From the IMG/VR virus record IMGVR_UViG_3300036766_000988, positions 124,001-188,000 of that record: DNA of 64,000 nucleotides; one strand, 5' to 3'. Position 1 is the stretch's first letter. Each line of letters begins with the position of its first letter. Both the position numbers and the translations under genes were made by a program. The notes beneath the pieces are model-generated. The model ran no database searches, was not told where the DNA came from, and saw nothing but the letters and a program-made list of their open reading frames with translations. Positions 1 through 9,475 of this stretch are shown piece by piece.

Positions 1-250
1 TTCAGCGGTGACGGTAACGTACGTGGACTTCATCGAAGTACCTGCTGACGCCGTTGGTAGGGGGTGGGGAAAAGCAGCTCAAGCTTCCGCGCCTCCGAGA
101 GGGGCATCAGGAGCGTGCCGCTCTCGGCAAAGTCTTCATCACCCGGGCCGGTTCTGATGTAGATGCGGATGACCGTGGGGGTCGAAGGTGCCTGTTGGCC
201 ACCATCAGGGTAGAGGGTGGCCACGAAGTCCTTCGTGAGATCGAGCAGCA

Positions 251-949
251 TCACCCCTCCGGGTTCTGGTGCCGGGGGCAGTTACGCATCGAGGTCTCGG
301 CGCAGTAACAGGGGATCTTCAACAATGCTCGTGCTTCTTCACCGAGGCGCTGACACCATCCGCATTCCGGAGCCTGAGACGACATATGCAGCGGACAGGA
401 CGGGTTCTGAAGCTCGCCCCGTACCTCGAAGCCACACAGCGACAGGCAGTATCGATACCTGGGGGTGCCGACAGGGTGTGTGCCATCGCCCAGGATACCG
501 CCGCACTTGGGACACGGGTCCGCAGGCTTGGGAGGTTCTTGCTGGCCCGTTCCACGGCAGACGGTGCATGGATACGATTTGAAGTCATGCAGCTCGCCGG
601 AGCCTTCACATTCAGGACAAGGACGAGGTGACTGAGCGAGACGCCGGTTTTTGGTGTTCACGAGGTCGTTGAGCCGCAGGGCAGCCCTGCACGCCACCTC
701 AATGTCCGGCACGGAGCCTGTCGCCAGCATCTCCTTCGATGTTGGAGCGATCGACAACAGGCTCTCGACAGCATGCTGTTCTGCTTCCGTCAGCCCCTCG
801 TACCCGGGTGGAGCAGCTTGCTTCTCTTGTGCCGCCAAGGCCTTGTTGATCGAGCACGAAGCCCGCATTGCACAGGCCTCGGGATCGGCGCACATGTACG
901 GTTTGTCGTTGGCCTTGAGTGGAGCGTGGCATTTACGACACTGGTTCAT
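251..949 (-). CDS. Cys-rich protein with DnaJ-type zinc-finger repeats
   Basis: CPECEGSG and CTVCRGTG (CxxCxGxG) plus further CxxC pairs; start overlaps the upstream ORF stop. Confidence 0.55.
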   Translation of the reverse strand: MNQCRKCHAPLKANDKPYMCADPEACAMRASCSINKALAAQEKQAAPPGYEGLTEAEQHAVESLLSIAPTSKEMLATGSVPDIEVACRAALRLNDLVNTKNRRLAQSPRPCPECEGSGELHDFKSYPCTVCRGTGQQEPPKPADPCPKCGGILGDGTHPVGTPRYRYCLSLCGFEVRGELQNPSCPLHMSSQAPECGWCQRLGEEARALLKIPCYCAETSMRNCPRHQNPEG

Positions 950-1884
950 CCCGGGTTCCCGCTCCCCTCCGGCTTACGATCTCGTTCAGGGCCCCCAGTC
1001 CGCAGCTCACTGCATCGGGTACTCTGACACCAACCTTGACGAGCATCTGGACCGTCCACGTTGTTCAGGAAGGCACAGACCCAGCACCGCCACGGAACGA
1101 ACTTGGGGGTCTCCTTCTCAACCATGGCAGGCGCGTAGTCGCAAACATCGTGGCGCTCTCCATCCGCGCAGTCGTAGCAGATGGTACCTGGAGGGGGCTT
1201 TCTTGCCTGAACCAGAGCCGCGAGCTTTCCCCGCAGCACGTACGCGACCTCCTGACCGGTCTGGCGGCTGAGCATCTTGCTGTCCTCAGCCCATCGGGCG
1301 CAGTCCTCGACCAGAGCTTCCAGCTCATCCACCCGGGTGCGCTCGACCGTGAGGTTGGCTTCGAGGTCGTTGCGCCATGCCTGGAAGTCGTCGTCTAGTT
1401 GGGACCAGCGCTCGATGATGGGCTGATGCCGTTCGAGGATGTCCTCAACGTGCTTGAGCTTCTCCTGGGTCTCTTCCAGGGCGTTCTCGGCCACCTGACG
1501 GGCGTTGCGTTCCAGCCACAACAGGGCCGACGGAGGATGAGGCCCCATCGCCGCCCTGACGGCCTCGATGCCAGCTCGCCACTCCGGGTTCAGCGCCATC
1601 GACTGGCGGATGTACTCCCCGAGGCTGGTCAGCAGGGCCTCGCAGGCTTCCATGGCCAGGTCAGCTCGGGCCTGCTCGACACGGGGGGCAGCGGCCTGTG
1701 TCCTTCGCATCTCATCGATGATCCGAAGCAGTGTATCCCGGTCGACATGAGCCTCATGGATCTCGGTCTCGGTGCGGGACTCGGCCCACCCCCGACTCTC
1801 GACCTTGAGACTCCAGTTCTTGCGGATGCGCTCCTGTTCCGCGTGTCGCTTGCGGATCTCAGCTTCAGACTCGGGCGTTGTCAT
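946..1884 (-). CDS. hypothetical coiled-coil-rich protein
   Basis: 312 aa ORF packed end to end with neighbours; helical E/R/A-rich composition. Confidence 0.6.
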   Translation of the reverse strand: MTTPESEAEIRKRHAEQERIRKNWSLKVESRGWAESRTETEIHEAHVDRDTLLRIIDEMRRTQAAAPRVEQARADLAMEACEALLTSLGEYIRQSMALNPEWRAGIEAVRAAMGPHPPSALLWLERNARQVAENALEETQEKLKHVEDILERHQPIIERWSQLDDDFQAWRNDLEANLTVERTRVDELEALVEDCARWAEDSKMLSRQTGQEVAYVLRGKLAALVQARKPPPGTICYDCADGERHDVCDYAPAMVEKETPKFVPWRCWVCAFLNNVDGPDARQGWCQSTRCSELRTGGPERDRKPEGSGNPG

Positions 1885-2176
1885 GGGCTTTCGTTCGATA
1901 GGAGCTGTTTCGCACCGCCTCCATCATCATCAGGAAGTTCCAGCGCGTCTGCATGTACCCGTTCCATCGAGAAAGAGCCGCCCCACACCCACCCAAACCA
2001 CTGACCACCATCCATCCGCACTTGGGGGTGTACTTCATCGCCCACTGATCTGCGCCGTTGATCAGATCAGGATTGAATCCGAGCGACTGCTTGCCCAACA
2101 CAGCGCACATGTGATTGAACACCCCGAGGAGTTCGGTCTTCGTCACCGTCGGGACTGTAACGCGTACGCGTTTCAT
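1865..2176 (-). CDS. hypothetical protein
   Basis: 103 aa ORF whose start overlaps the clpX stop. Confidence 0.55.
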   Translation of the reverse strand: MKRVRVTVPTVTKTELLGVFNHMCAVLGKQSLGFNPDLINGADQWAMKYTPKCGWMVVSGLGGCGAALSRWNGYMQTRWNFLMMMEAVRNSSYRTKAHDNARV

Positions 2177-3450
2177 CCCGATGCCTGTTTGACGGTCTTC
2201 GGCTCCTTCGTGACGATCACGGCCTTGCCCTTCTTCTCGACGACTTCCTCGGTGATCCGGATGGCCTTGATGTTGGGCTGGCTGCGGCTCTCGAACGAGT
2301 ATGGCTGCAAAATCGACTCGACGATGCTCCGGAGCGCACGAGCCCCAGTGGGGCGCTTCTTGGCTTCACGCCCGATTGCCTTGAGGGCAGCCTCGTCGAA
2401 CTGGAGGTCGATGCCATCGAGGCCGAAGAGCGCCTTGAACTGACGGATGATCGCGTTCTTGGGCTCGGTCAGGATCTGGACCATCTCGCCTTCGGTCAGG
2501 TCGATGGTGGTGGTCAGGACGGGCAAACGGCCCATCACTTCGGGAATGAGCCCGAACTCCAAGACGTCTTCCTCGGTAACCGAGAGGTAGGTCTCCGAAC
2601 CCGAGAGCTTCACGCGCTCGACCGACCCGAACCCAAGGCTCGTATGCCGGTTCACACGCTTGCTGATGACCTCTTCGATGCCCGCAAACGAGCCCGCGCA
2701 GATGAAGAGCACGTTGGTCGTGTCCATCACGTCTACGGCGCCCCCCATCCCGACCCGCATGCCGTTGCCGCGAGGGACAGGTACCTTCGAGCCTTCGAGA
2801 AGCTTCAAGATGGCTTGCTGCACCATCTCGCCGCCAACGTCACGGTAGCCCGTGGCTCCGCGTCCCGACTTGCGGGCGATCTTGTCGAACTCGTCGATCA
2901 GGACGATGCCCCACTGGGCACGCTCCATGTCTCCCCCGGCTTCCTGCATGAGGCCTTGGAGCAAGCTCTCGACGTCATCCCCAACATAGCCCGCCGCCGT
3001 CAGCTTCGTCGCATCACCGACGAAGAACGGGACGTTGAGCATCTTGGCCAGAGCCCGGGCGATGTGGGTCTTGCCCGTGCCGCTCGGCCCCATCAGCAGG
3101 ATGTTCGACTTCTCGATCTCGACATCTCCGAGATCGACGCCCTGTCGGAGAGCTTCACGCCGCCGGTAGTGGTTGTAGATCGCGATGCTGACGTCGGTCT
3201 TGGCCTTGTCCTGCGCGATGACCCGCTCGTCCAGGTAGCTCTTGATCTCGACCGGCTTCTTGAGCGGTGCCTCGTTCTCCTTGGCCGCCTGCTCCTTCTT
3301 CTGCTCTGCCGTGAAGGCCTTGAACCCCTGATCGATGCAGCGGTTGCAGATGAAAGGCCCCTCATCCGATGCGGAAATGAGGCCTTTTACTTCGTTCCGC
3401 GGACGCTTGCAGAACGAGCACTGGGCGATCGTGCTCTTGGGAGGGCTCAT
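2173..3450 (-). CDS. clpX: ATP-dependent Clp protease ATP-binding subunit ClpX
   Basis: N-terminal C4 Zn finger CSFC...ICNRC, Walker A GPSGTGKT, Walker B IVLIDEFDKI, RDVGGEMVQQAILKLLEG, LGF loop, GRLP, TGARALRSIVE. Confidence 0.95.
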   Translation of the reverse strand: MSPPKSTIAQCSFCKRPRNEVKGLISASDEGPFICNRCIDQGFKAFTAEQKKEQAAKENEAPLKKPVEIKSYLDERVIAQDKAKTDVSIAIYNHYRRREALRQGVDLGDVEIEKSNILLMGPSGTGKTHIARALAKMLNVPFFVGDATKLTAAGYVGDDVESLLQGLMQEAGGDMERAQWGIVLIDEFDKIARKSGRGATGYRDVGGEMVQQAILKLLEGSKVPVPRGNGMRVGMGGAVDVMDTTNVLFICAGSFAGIEEVISKRVNRHTSLGFGSVERVKLSGSETYLSVTEEDVLEFGLIPEVMGRLPVLTTTIDLTEGEMVQILTEPKNAIIRQFKALFGLDGIDLQFDEAALKAIGREAKKRPTGARALRSIVESILQPYSFESRSQPNIKAIRITEEVVEKKGKAVIVTKEPKTVKQASG

Positions 3451-3487
3451 GTCTTACCTTACACCAACTAAGGAGGGTCGTCCGCCG

Positions 3488-3694
3488 CTAGTATTCGCCT
3501 GGGTGGGACGGGGATCCCAAGCCGTGGGTGTACTCCCCACAGGTCGAACCCGGAAGCTGCTGGCTGACCTGCCGGGCGTCCTCAGCGGAGTCACAGTAAA
3601 TGACCTGAACGTCCCCGAGGCGGCGTATCCGGTGGCCTTGAACTACCACAAGGTCTGCATCCGGATGCAGAGGCAGGTAACAGCAGTGGGGCAT
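3488..3694 (-). CDS. hypothetical protein
   Basis: GGTGTA motif 11 nt before the ATG. Confidence 0.5.
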   Translation of the reverse strand: MPHCCYLPLHPDADLVVVQGHRIRRLGDVQVIYCDSAEDARQVSQQLPGSTCGEYTHGLGSPSHPGEY

Positions 3695-3710
3695 GGGGCC
3701 CTCTTACACC

Positions 3711-4010
3711 CTAGGGCTTCAAGAACGTGAGGCCACTCCGGGCCAAGGCTGCTTGAAGCGACGGCGGATCTTCCTCGCCCGGCTCGTCATCGAGAAAGCC
3801 CTGACGGACTTTGGCGAAGGCATCCTTGTTCTTCTTCCAGCCATCGACCACATCCCCGAAGGCCTTGGTTACCTGATCCTGCTCTTCCGTGGTTTTGCAC
3901 CGGCGGTACATCACCTCGAAGGCATCCGTGGCGAACTGGGTGAGGCCGTAGGCTTTCGCCCGTGCCTTCATGAGCCCAATCAGGGTGTGCTTGCGATCTC
4001 GGATCCCCAC
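3711..4010 (-). CDS. hypothetical protein (GTG start)
   Basis: 3' part of the 3711..4289 ORF; GGTGTA motif 10 nt before the GTG at 4010. Confidence 0.5.
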   Translation of the reverse strand: MGIRDRKHTLIGLMKARAKAYGLTQFATDAFEVMYRRCKTTEEQDQVTKAFGDVVDGWKKNKDAFAKVRQGFLDDEPGEEDPPSLQAALARSGLTFLKP

Positions 4011-4018
4011 AAGATCCT

Positions 4019-4252
4019 TTACACCGAGCAGTACCCTTGGCGAATGTCCGCTCGACGGCACTCTTCCTTGGTGGCTTGTCGAAGGGTTCCGTCGTGGACC
4101 ATCTCGTCGAGGAGTTCCTCGGTGCCCCGTAAGGTAGACCACCATCCAAACATGAGCGACACGGCACCACTTAGGATCGGCATCGGCTGCTGCTTCCGGG
4201 CGTAATCCAGGACGAGCTGCTTCTGCACATCCCGGGGCGGGATCGGCATCAT
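4019..4252 (-). CDS. small hypothetical protein, possibly winged-helix-like
   Basis: 77 aa ORF coupled to the upstream ORF 4249..4467. Confidence 0.5.
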   Translation of the reverse strand: MMPIPPRDVQKQLVLDYARKQQPMPILSGAVSLMFGWWSTLRGTEELLDEMVHDGTLRQATKEECRRADIRQGYCSV

Positions 4253-4467
4253 TCGAGCTGCTTGGGGGGATCGACCGACTCGAACTCATCGAGACAGTTC
4301 ATCTGAACGATCCTCACCCCCTCCTCTCGAAGGGCCTTCACGAACAGATCGGGGTTCTCGATTTGGGTGTTGAAGACGTTCTGTCCTGTGTCGAGGACAA
4401 GATAGTGCTCGGGGATCATGACGACATCCCCAGACTGGTTGTCCACGATGAGGCTGTAGAAGCCCAT
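4249..4467 (-). CDS. hypothetical protein
   Basis: 72 aa ORF in a tightly packed run. Confidence 0.5.
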   Translation of the reverse strand: MGFYSLIVDNQSGDVVMIPEHYLVLDTGQNVFNTQIENPDLFVKALREEGVRIVQMNCLDEFESVDPPKQLE

Positions 4468-4469
4468 GG

Positions 4470-4709
4470 TCAGATGTTGTTGGGGTCTGGGTAGCCGAGC
4501 GCCATGATGGCCGCCCGGGCTCCGGAGCCCATCAGGGTGGCCTTCGTAGGGTCCACGGTGTCAAAAGCCGCAGAGGTCCAAAATCCCCCTGTCGAGGGTG
4601 GAACCGCAACACGCACTGAAACCGTGACACCTGGGGCCGTGATCTTGCCGAAAGGAGCAGTAAAAGGGGGCAACAGAGGGAGAGGTTGCGGACCGCCGAT
4701 GATGGGCAT
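4470..4709 (-). CDS. Pro/Gly-rich hypothetical protein, possibly structural
   Basis: 79 aa ORF, 2 nt from both neighbours. Confidence 0.5.
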   Translation of the reverse strand: MPIIGGPQPLPLLPPFTAPFGKITAPGVTVSVRVAVPPSTGGFWTSAAFDTVDPTKATLMGSGARAAIMALGYPDPNNI

Positions 4710-4711
4710 GA

Positions 4712-5086
4712 TCAGCCTCGTAGGGGGGTGCCAAGGGTCCCAGGTTGAAAGAAGACAGGCAAATTCGTGAGAGCAGCCACCGTAGCCGCCCCCGGCTGGC
4801 CGATCACGAACGGAGCTGACCGAACTCCTGCGGGGTCTCCCGCAAGAAGGATGAAGAAGAAGCCGTTGGCTCCCACCTGGGCATCCGCCGGAATGGTCAC
4901 GACAATCGCGGTATCAGACCACGACGTTACAGAAAAAGAGAGGTCGACGAAGGCCCCTCCTGCTGGGTAGAACAGGAACTTGGTGGTGCCTTGAACGGCT
5001 CCAAACCCTGTCCCATTGACGGTGGCCGGGAGATTTGGGCGGCCGGTCGGAGTGACCCCAGAGACGCTAGAGATGGTGGCAGGCAT
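4712..5086 (-). CDS. IPT/TIG (Ig-like) domain protein
   Basis: ISSVSG...TVNGTGFG...SWSDTAIVVTIP is the typical IPT/TIG pattern. Confidence 0.6.
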   Translation of the reverse strand: MPATISSVSGVTPTGRPNLPATVNGTGFGAVQGTTKFLFYPAGGAFVDLSFSVTSWSDTAIVVTIPADAQVGANGFFFILLAGDPAGVRSAPFVIGQPGAATVAALTNLPVFFQPGTLGTPLRG

Positions 5087-5110
5087 CGCTTCTGCGATGC
5101 TATCAAAGGC

Positions 5111-6268
5111 CTAAACGATCTCCGTAGGAGGTTCGAACGGGAGGTCTGGCACCTGGAGGCCGACGATCTGCTGGGGATCAACGTAGAGCGTGTAGCTCAA
5201 GGTGGCCTCGACTTCCCACCGGCTAAATACCTCCCGAGCTTGAACCGAATACCCTTCGGGCCCGATTTCGATAGCCCCCACGTGCCCAAGAAGACCTGTG
5301 GGCTCAACGTTCTCGACAGGCAGCAGTCCATCCGTGAACGGGGAGAACGTCGAGTAGGCATGGGGCGGGAGAATCCAGAAGTCTGCGTATTCGAGGGTCT
5401 TCCAGTTGAGGTCCGCCATGTTGATGGGCTTGCGGGGTTCTGCTGCCGACGCTACCCGGCGGGCGATCTCGCGCACCCAAGAGGTTCCAATCCTGGCGGC
5501 AAGAGCCCGGAGGCCGTCATGCCGAAGACTGAACGTAAGAGGATCCCCAATTGACTGTTGACTTCGAGCGACCGCCACCGAGGGAGGGAGCTGCATGAAC
5601 CCCTTTGGGGGTGTATCCCGGACCTCGAAGTGGTCGAGGAACAGCTTGGCTGCCCCCTTGGTCGCATCGAGCAGTCCTGGGAGACTGGTTCGGAGGTCGT
5701 CGATCATGCTGGCGCGTCCCGAGCGGGTGATGACCCGCAATCGGGGATCGCCTCCATCTCGAAGAGCCAGTGTTTGGGGGTACCTGGCTTGAACCCGGGC
5801 GAGCCGCTCGACGTCCTTCGCTTGGTCGAAGTAGTGAGAGACCAGGAAGCCTTCGAGGTCTGGACGCAACCGGGGGAGCGGTTGGGCCATCGAGCCGTCT
5901 TCTCTGGGGACAGGCGCTGGGGTCCAGATGTCGTGATCGGTAAACCGCGCAACGGCCCGACCCGTGACCCGGTTGATGACCAACATCGCGTCCCCAAGCT
6001 GGAAGTACTCGTCCGCCAAGTACTGAGCGACCTGGATGGCTTCCTCGGGGGTGCATTCGAGCACCCGCTCTAGCTCAGGTGTGATGGCGCCAGCAAGCTG
6101 CTCTGGCGTGCTGTTTTGCTGCCTGGCTTGCTCGAAAGAAGCACGCAAGGCCTGGTTCCGTTGAACCTCCCCACGAGCAGCCAACAGAGGGCCGGAGGCC
6201 GGTTGCGCAAGCGTCCTGACCTCGGGGGTGAACCGAGCCAACTCTTGGGAGGGAGGATTGGGCATCAT
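5111..6268 (-). CDS. hypothetical protein; C-terminal half weakly resembles an HK97-fold capsid protein
   Basis: The 385 aa ORF is clear; the fold guess rests only on a long helix (ALAARIGTSWVREIARRVA) and the C-terminal LYVDPQQIVGLQV. Confidence 0.35.
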   Translation of the reverse strand: MMPNPPSQELARFTPEVRTLAQPASGPLLAARGEVQRNQALRASFEQARQQNSTPEQLAGAITPELERVLECTPEEAIQVAQYLADEYFQLGDAMLVINRVTGRAVARFTDHDIWTPAPVPREDGSMAQPLPRLRPDLEGFLVSHYFDQAKDVERLARVQARYPQTLALRDGGDPRLRVITRSGRASMIDDLRTSLPGLLDATKGAAKLFLDHFEVRDTPPKGFMQLPPSVAVARSQQSIGDPLTFSLRHDGLRALAARIGTSWVREIARRVASAAEPRKPINMADLNWKTLEYADFWILPPHAYSTFSPFTDGLLPVENVEPTGLLGHVGAIEIGPEGYSVQAREVFSRWEVEATLSYTLYVDPQQIVGLQVPDLPFEPPTEIV

Positions 6269-6495
6269 TTGAGAATATGGTCCCAGGCCGAGAGACGATC
6301 ATGGTTATCGAACTCTTGTTGGTTGGTGTCTGCCTCGGCCTTCACAGCAGGCTCAGCAACTCTACCCCCATCCCCACCAATATAGGCCGCTGTGGGTGTG
6401 TAAACTCGACGCCGAAGGATTGCTTCGATGGCCCGCAACATGGCCTCAGCCTCAGCTTCCCCAGCAAAATGGATTTCGACTCCCTGATCTGTCAT
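6265..6495 (-). CDS. hypothetical protein ending in SAWDHILK
   Basis: 76 aa ORF; stop overlaps the next start. Confidence 0.55.
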   Translation of the reverse strand: MTDQGVEIHFAGEAEAEAMLRAIEAILRRRVYTPTAAYIGGDGGRVAEPAVKAEADTNQQEFDNHDRLSAWDHILK

Positions 6496-6720
6496 CCGAG
6501 CGAAAGGGATGAAAGAAGAACCCTGCTCTAGGACTTCGAAATGTAGGACAACACCCCCACGATCCTCGACACCATTGGATGTGAAGAGTATCGCGCTTGC
6601 GGTGCCTACAGCTCCCGAAGCGTATTCAACATGTTCAACATCGATGAACGTTGTTGTAGCACGATTTTCCCATTGATCCTCACCCTTGCGAGGTGGTCGA
6701 AATAGTTGTCCCCCAGGTTA

Positions 6721-7659
6721 TTACATCCTGGTAGACGGTCGATGCTGATGATGTCCATGTGTACCTCCGTCCTGGCTTACACCATCCAAGACGAGTCCTA
6801 GTTGCCTTTCCATGAAGGCCTCTACCGGACACGCATGGTAGGGCACCACCAAGAGCCGTACGCCATGGGCAGCGCACTTGACGACCTTCTCGGCGTCTCG
6901 CTGCTGCTGAGCCTCGAAGTCGGCCGTGGATTTGCCGAACCACAAGGCAGGACGGTAATGCTGGGGGCCTTGGTACTCGAAGGCCAGCCTCAGCTCCTCG
7001 TTGTACCCATCAAGCTGTAGCCTGGTGCCACTGCTTCTGCGCAACCATTCCGGATTAGCCTTGGGGAACGGCTTGCCGAAACGTTGCTCCAACCACGCTC
7101 TGCACGAAGCTTCACCGACCAGGTCGCGACAATAAGGGCACCATCGTTTGTTGTTCCGTACGTTGTTGGGCACAGCCTCCCAGGTGTGGCCCTTGGCACA
7201 CTGCCACTGAAGCTTCGTCTCACCGTTGATGTAGGTCTCGGAGAGGCACTTTCCTCCATGGGAGGCAGCCATCTCTTGCATGAGCCCGATGGTGAGCCGG
7301 GCCTTCCCGCTACAGTGGGGGCACCAGTGCTTCTGAATCGTGTTGGGCACTGCTTCCCAGACGTGCCCCTCAGCACACTGCCATCGTAGCTTGGTAGCAG
7401 TGTTGACGTACGTGGTTGAGAGACACTTCCCGCCATGCGCAGCAGCCCGAGCTTGCATGTCCTCCAGGGTGAGAGGAGCGTTGCCGCTACAGAAAGGACA
7501 CCACTGCCGTGGGACCATACTCGGTCGAGCCTCCCAAGTGTGTCCTTCGGAGCACTGCCACGTCAGGTTGGAATGAGCCTCGACGAAGACGATAGAGAGA
7601 CACAGGCCGCCCCGGAGAGCGGCACGAGCGTGCATGTCTTGGAGCGTAAGACGACCCAT
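6721..7659 (-). CDS. zinc-ribbon repeat protein with C-terminal PD-(D/E)xK nuclease (putative freestanding homing endonuclease)
   Basis: Three ~57 aa repeats GGxCLS...WQCxxGHxWEA...WCPxC, then LQLDGYNEELRLAFEYQGPQHY. Confidence 0.8.
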   Translation of the reverse strand: MGRLTLQDMHARAALRGGLCLSIVFVEAHSNLTWQCSEGHTWEARPSMVPRQWCPFCSGNAPLTLEDMQARAAAHGGKCLSTTYVNTATKLRWQCAEGHVWEAVPNTIQKHWCPHCSGKARLTIGLMQEMAASHGGKCLSETYINGETKLQWQCAKGHTWEAVPNNVRNNKRWCPYCRDLVGEASCRAWLEQRFGKPFPKANPEWLRRSSGTRLQLDGYNEELRLAFEYQGPQHYRPALWFGKSTADFEAQQQRDAEKVVKCAAHGVRLLVVPYHACPVEAFMERQLGLVLDGVSQDGGTHGHHQHRPSTRM

Positions 7660-7690
7660 ACCCTACGTCATTCTACCCTATCCCCGAACG

Positions 7691-7725
7691 AAAAGAGGCC
7701 CGAATCTTTCGATCCAGGCCTCTTT
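7691..7725 (-). terminator. intrinsic terminator downstream of the AAA ATPase gene
   Basis: AAAGAGGCC/GGCCTCTTT inverted repeat; inner stem with GAAA loop and a following T-run on the minus strand. Confidence 0.7.
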
Positions 7726-7744
7726 GGGGCTACAGGAAAAACCT

Positions 7745-9328
7745 TCAGTCCTCGGTCTTGACGAGCTTCAAAGCGCCGCTCTTGTTGGGGTCCGCAGCGA
7801 ACCGAGCCCGAACTCCCTCGTTCAGATCCGGATCGTACCCAACCCAGTCGATCACTTCCTTGACCTCGTCGACCATGGTCTTGAGGATGCGGGGCTTCGA
7901 CTCCAGCTCATCCGCGAGGATCGCCTCATCGAGCGTGGCCTTACCCGCCGCGAAGCTTTCGATCATCGCAGCTTTGATGCTCTGCTCGATCTCACGTCCG
8001 ACCATGCCCTGAGCCTTCTCGGAGAGCATCGCAAGATTGAAGTCCTCGATCCTCTGACCGACCTTGACGATGTGGATCTTGAGGATGTCGATGCGGTCTT
8101 CCTCCGACGGGAGGTCGAAGAAGAAACGCTGATCCATGCGGTTGACGAACTCGACCGGCAGGGTCTTGAGGCTGTTCGCCGTCATGGCGAGGCACACGGG
8201 AGCCTTGGTCTCCTGAAGCCACGTGCTCAGGATCCCGATGGTGCGGCTCGTCGTACCGGCGTCCGAGGCCCCACTCGACTGGCCGCCCGAGAGGGACTTC
8301 TCCGCTTCGTCGATCCAGACGATGCAGGGAGCGACCGCTTCGATGATCTTGAGCGCACGGTAGACGTTCGCCTCCGAATCACCGACGCCCGAGCTGCGGA
8401 GCCGACCCATCTCCAGCCCGACCACCGGGAGCCCCCAGGCGTTGCCCAGGGCCTTCGTGGTGAGGCTCTTGCCGGTACCCCAGATGCCGACGCACAGGAT
8501 GCCCTTCGGAGGCACGAGCCCGAACTGACGACCCTTCTCGCTCCACGAAAGAGCCGACTTCCGCGCCCAGTCCTTGAACCGGCCGACGCCGCCGACCGTA
8601 TCGAACGAGCACTCGTCCGTGTTGATGTACTGCACGAGGTCCGTCTTGCGGAGCTGCCGACGACGGAACTCCGAGATGTAGTCGGGGTCGATCCGCTTCG
8701 GGTTCACCGCATCCTTGCGGGTCTTCACGATGCTCTGGGCGATCGACATGTCGATTTCGTAGCTCGTGAGCCCCTTGAAGTGCTTGGCGGAGTCCTTCGG
8801 AGGCGTCATCCCGAGGTAACCGCAGGCCTCTTCGACGGTCGAGAGGATCTCTTCCGAGGAAAGCCCGTTGTCGTGAACGACCTCGATGTAGCGCGAGAGC
8901 TTCTCGGGCACGACCTTGCGGGCGCCGACGAAGATCAGAAGCTTGATCGTCCGGATGTCGTTGTGGACTTGGTGGATGATGTTGAGGATGCGCCGCTGGA
9001 CGTGGGGATCGTTGAGGTAGCGCTCTGGGTCCGTGATGACGTAGAAGTTCTGGTCGTCCTTCGGGTCGTCCTTGTAGACCTGGATGAGCGCAGTGTGGAT
9101 GTCCGCCGCGTCACGGTTCTCCTGGTGGAGACGCGAACCCCAATCCTTGATGAGCTGGTTGAGCGGGACCAGACCGAGCGCCGCATTGAAGACCCACACG
9201 CGATCGGCGAGCTTCTTCAAGGTGTCGCGAAGCGTGATCAAGAAGCGGTCTTCCTCGTCGGTGACGAAGTAGATGCACCGCGACAGGCTTCGGAGGTGGA
9301 ACAGCAGCTCTTCGTTCGTCTTGGCCAT
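7745..9328 (-). CDS. Ycf46-family AAA+ ATPase
   Basis: Degenerate N-terminal AAA-like domain; active domain with GIWGTGKS, IVWIDEAEK, MTANSLKTLPVEF..RMD..FFFDLP. Confidence 0.88.
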   Translation of the reverse strand: MAKTNEELLFHLRSLSRCIYFVTDEEDRFLITLRDTLKKLADRVWVFNAALGLVPLNQLIKDWGSRLHQENRDAADIHTALIQVYKDDPKDDQNFYVITDPERYLNDPHVQRRILNIIHQVHNDIRTIKLLIFVGARKVVPEKLSRYIEVVHDNGLSSEEILSTVEEACGYLGMTPPKDSAKHFKGLTSYEIDMSIAQSIVKTRKDAVNPKRIDPDYISEFRRRQLRKTDLVQYINTDECSFDTVGGVGRFKDWARKSALSWSEKGRQFGLVPPKGILCVGIWGTGKSLTTKALGNAWGLPVVGLEMGRLRSSGVGDSEANVYRALKIIEAVAPCIVWIDEAEKSLSGGQSSGASDAGTTSRTIGILSTWLQETKAPVCLAMTANSLKTLPVEFVNRMDQRFFFDLPSEEDRIDILKIHIVKVGQRIEDFNLAMLSEKAQGMVGREIEQSIKAAMIESFAAGKATLDEAILADELESKPRILKTMVDEVKEVIDWVGYDPDLNEGVRARFAADPNKSGALKLVKTED

Positions 9329-9475
9329 GATCGTTTCTGTATCCTCGTGATCCTAGTACACCGCTTGAGGCTTGTTTTCAGCCAGCTTTTGCCGCTACAA
9401 ACACGAACGCCCGGCCCATGTGGACCGGGCGTCGAGTCCGGGGATCAAGGGCTGATCGTCAGCCCATCACGCACC

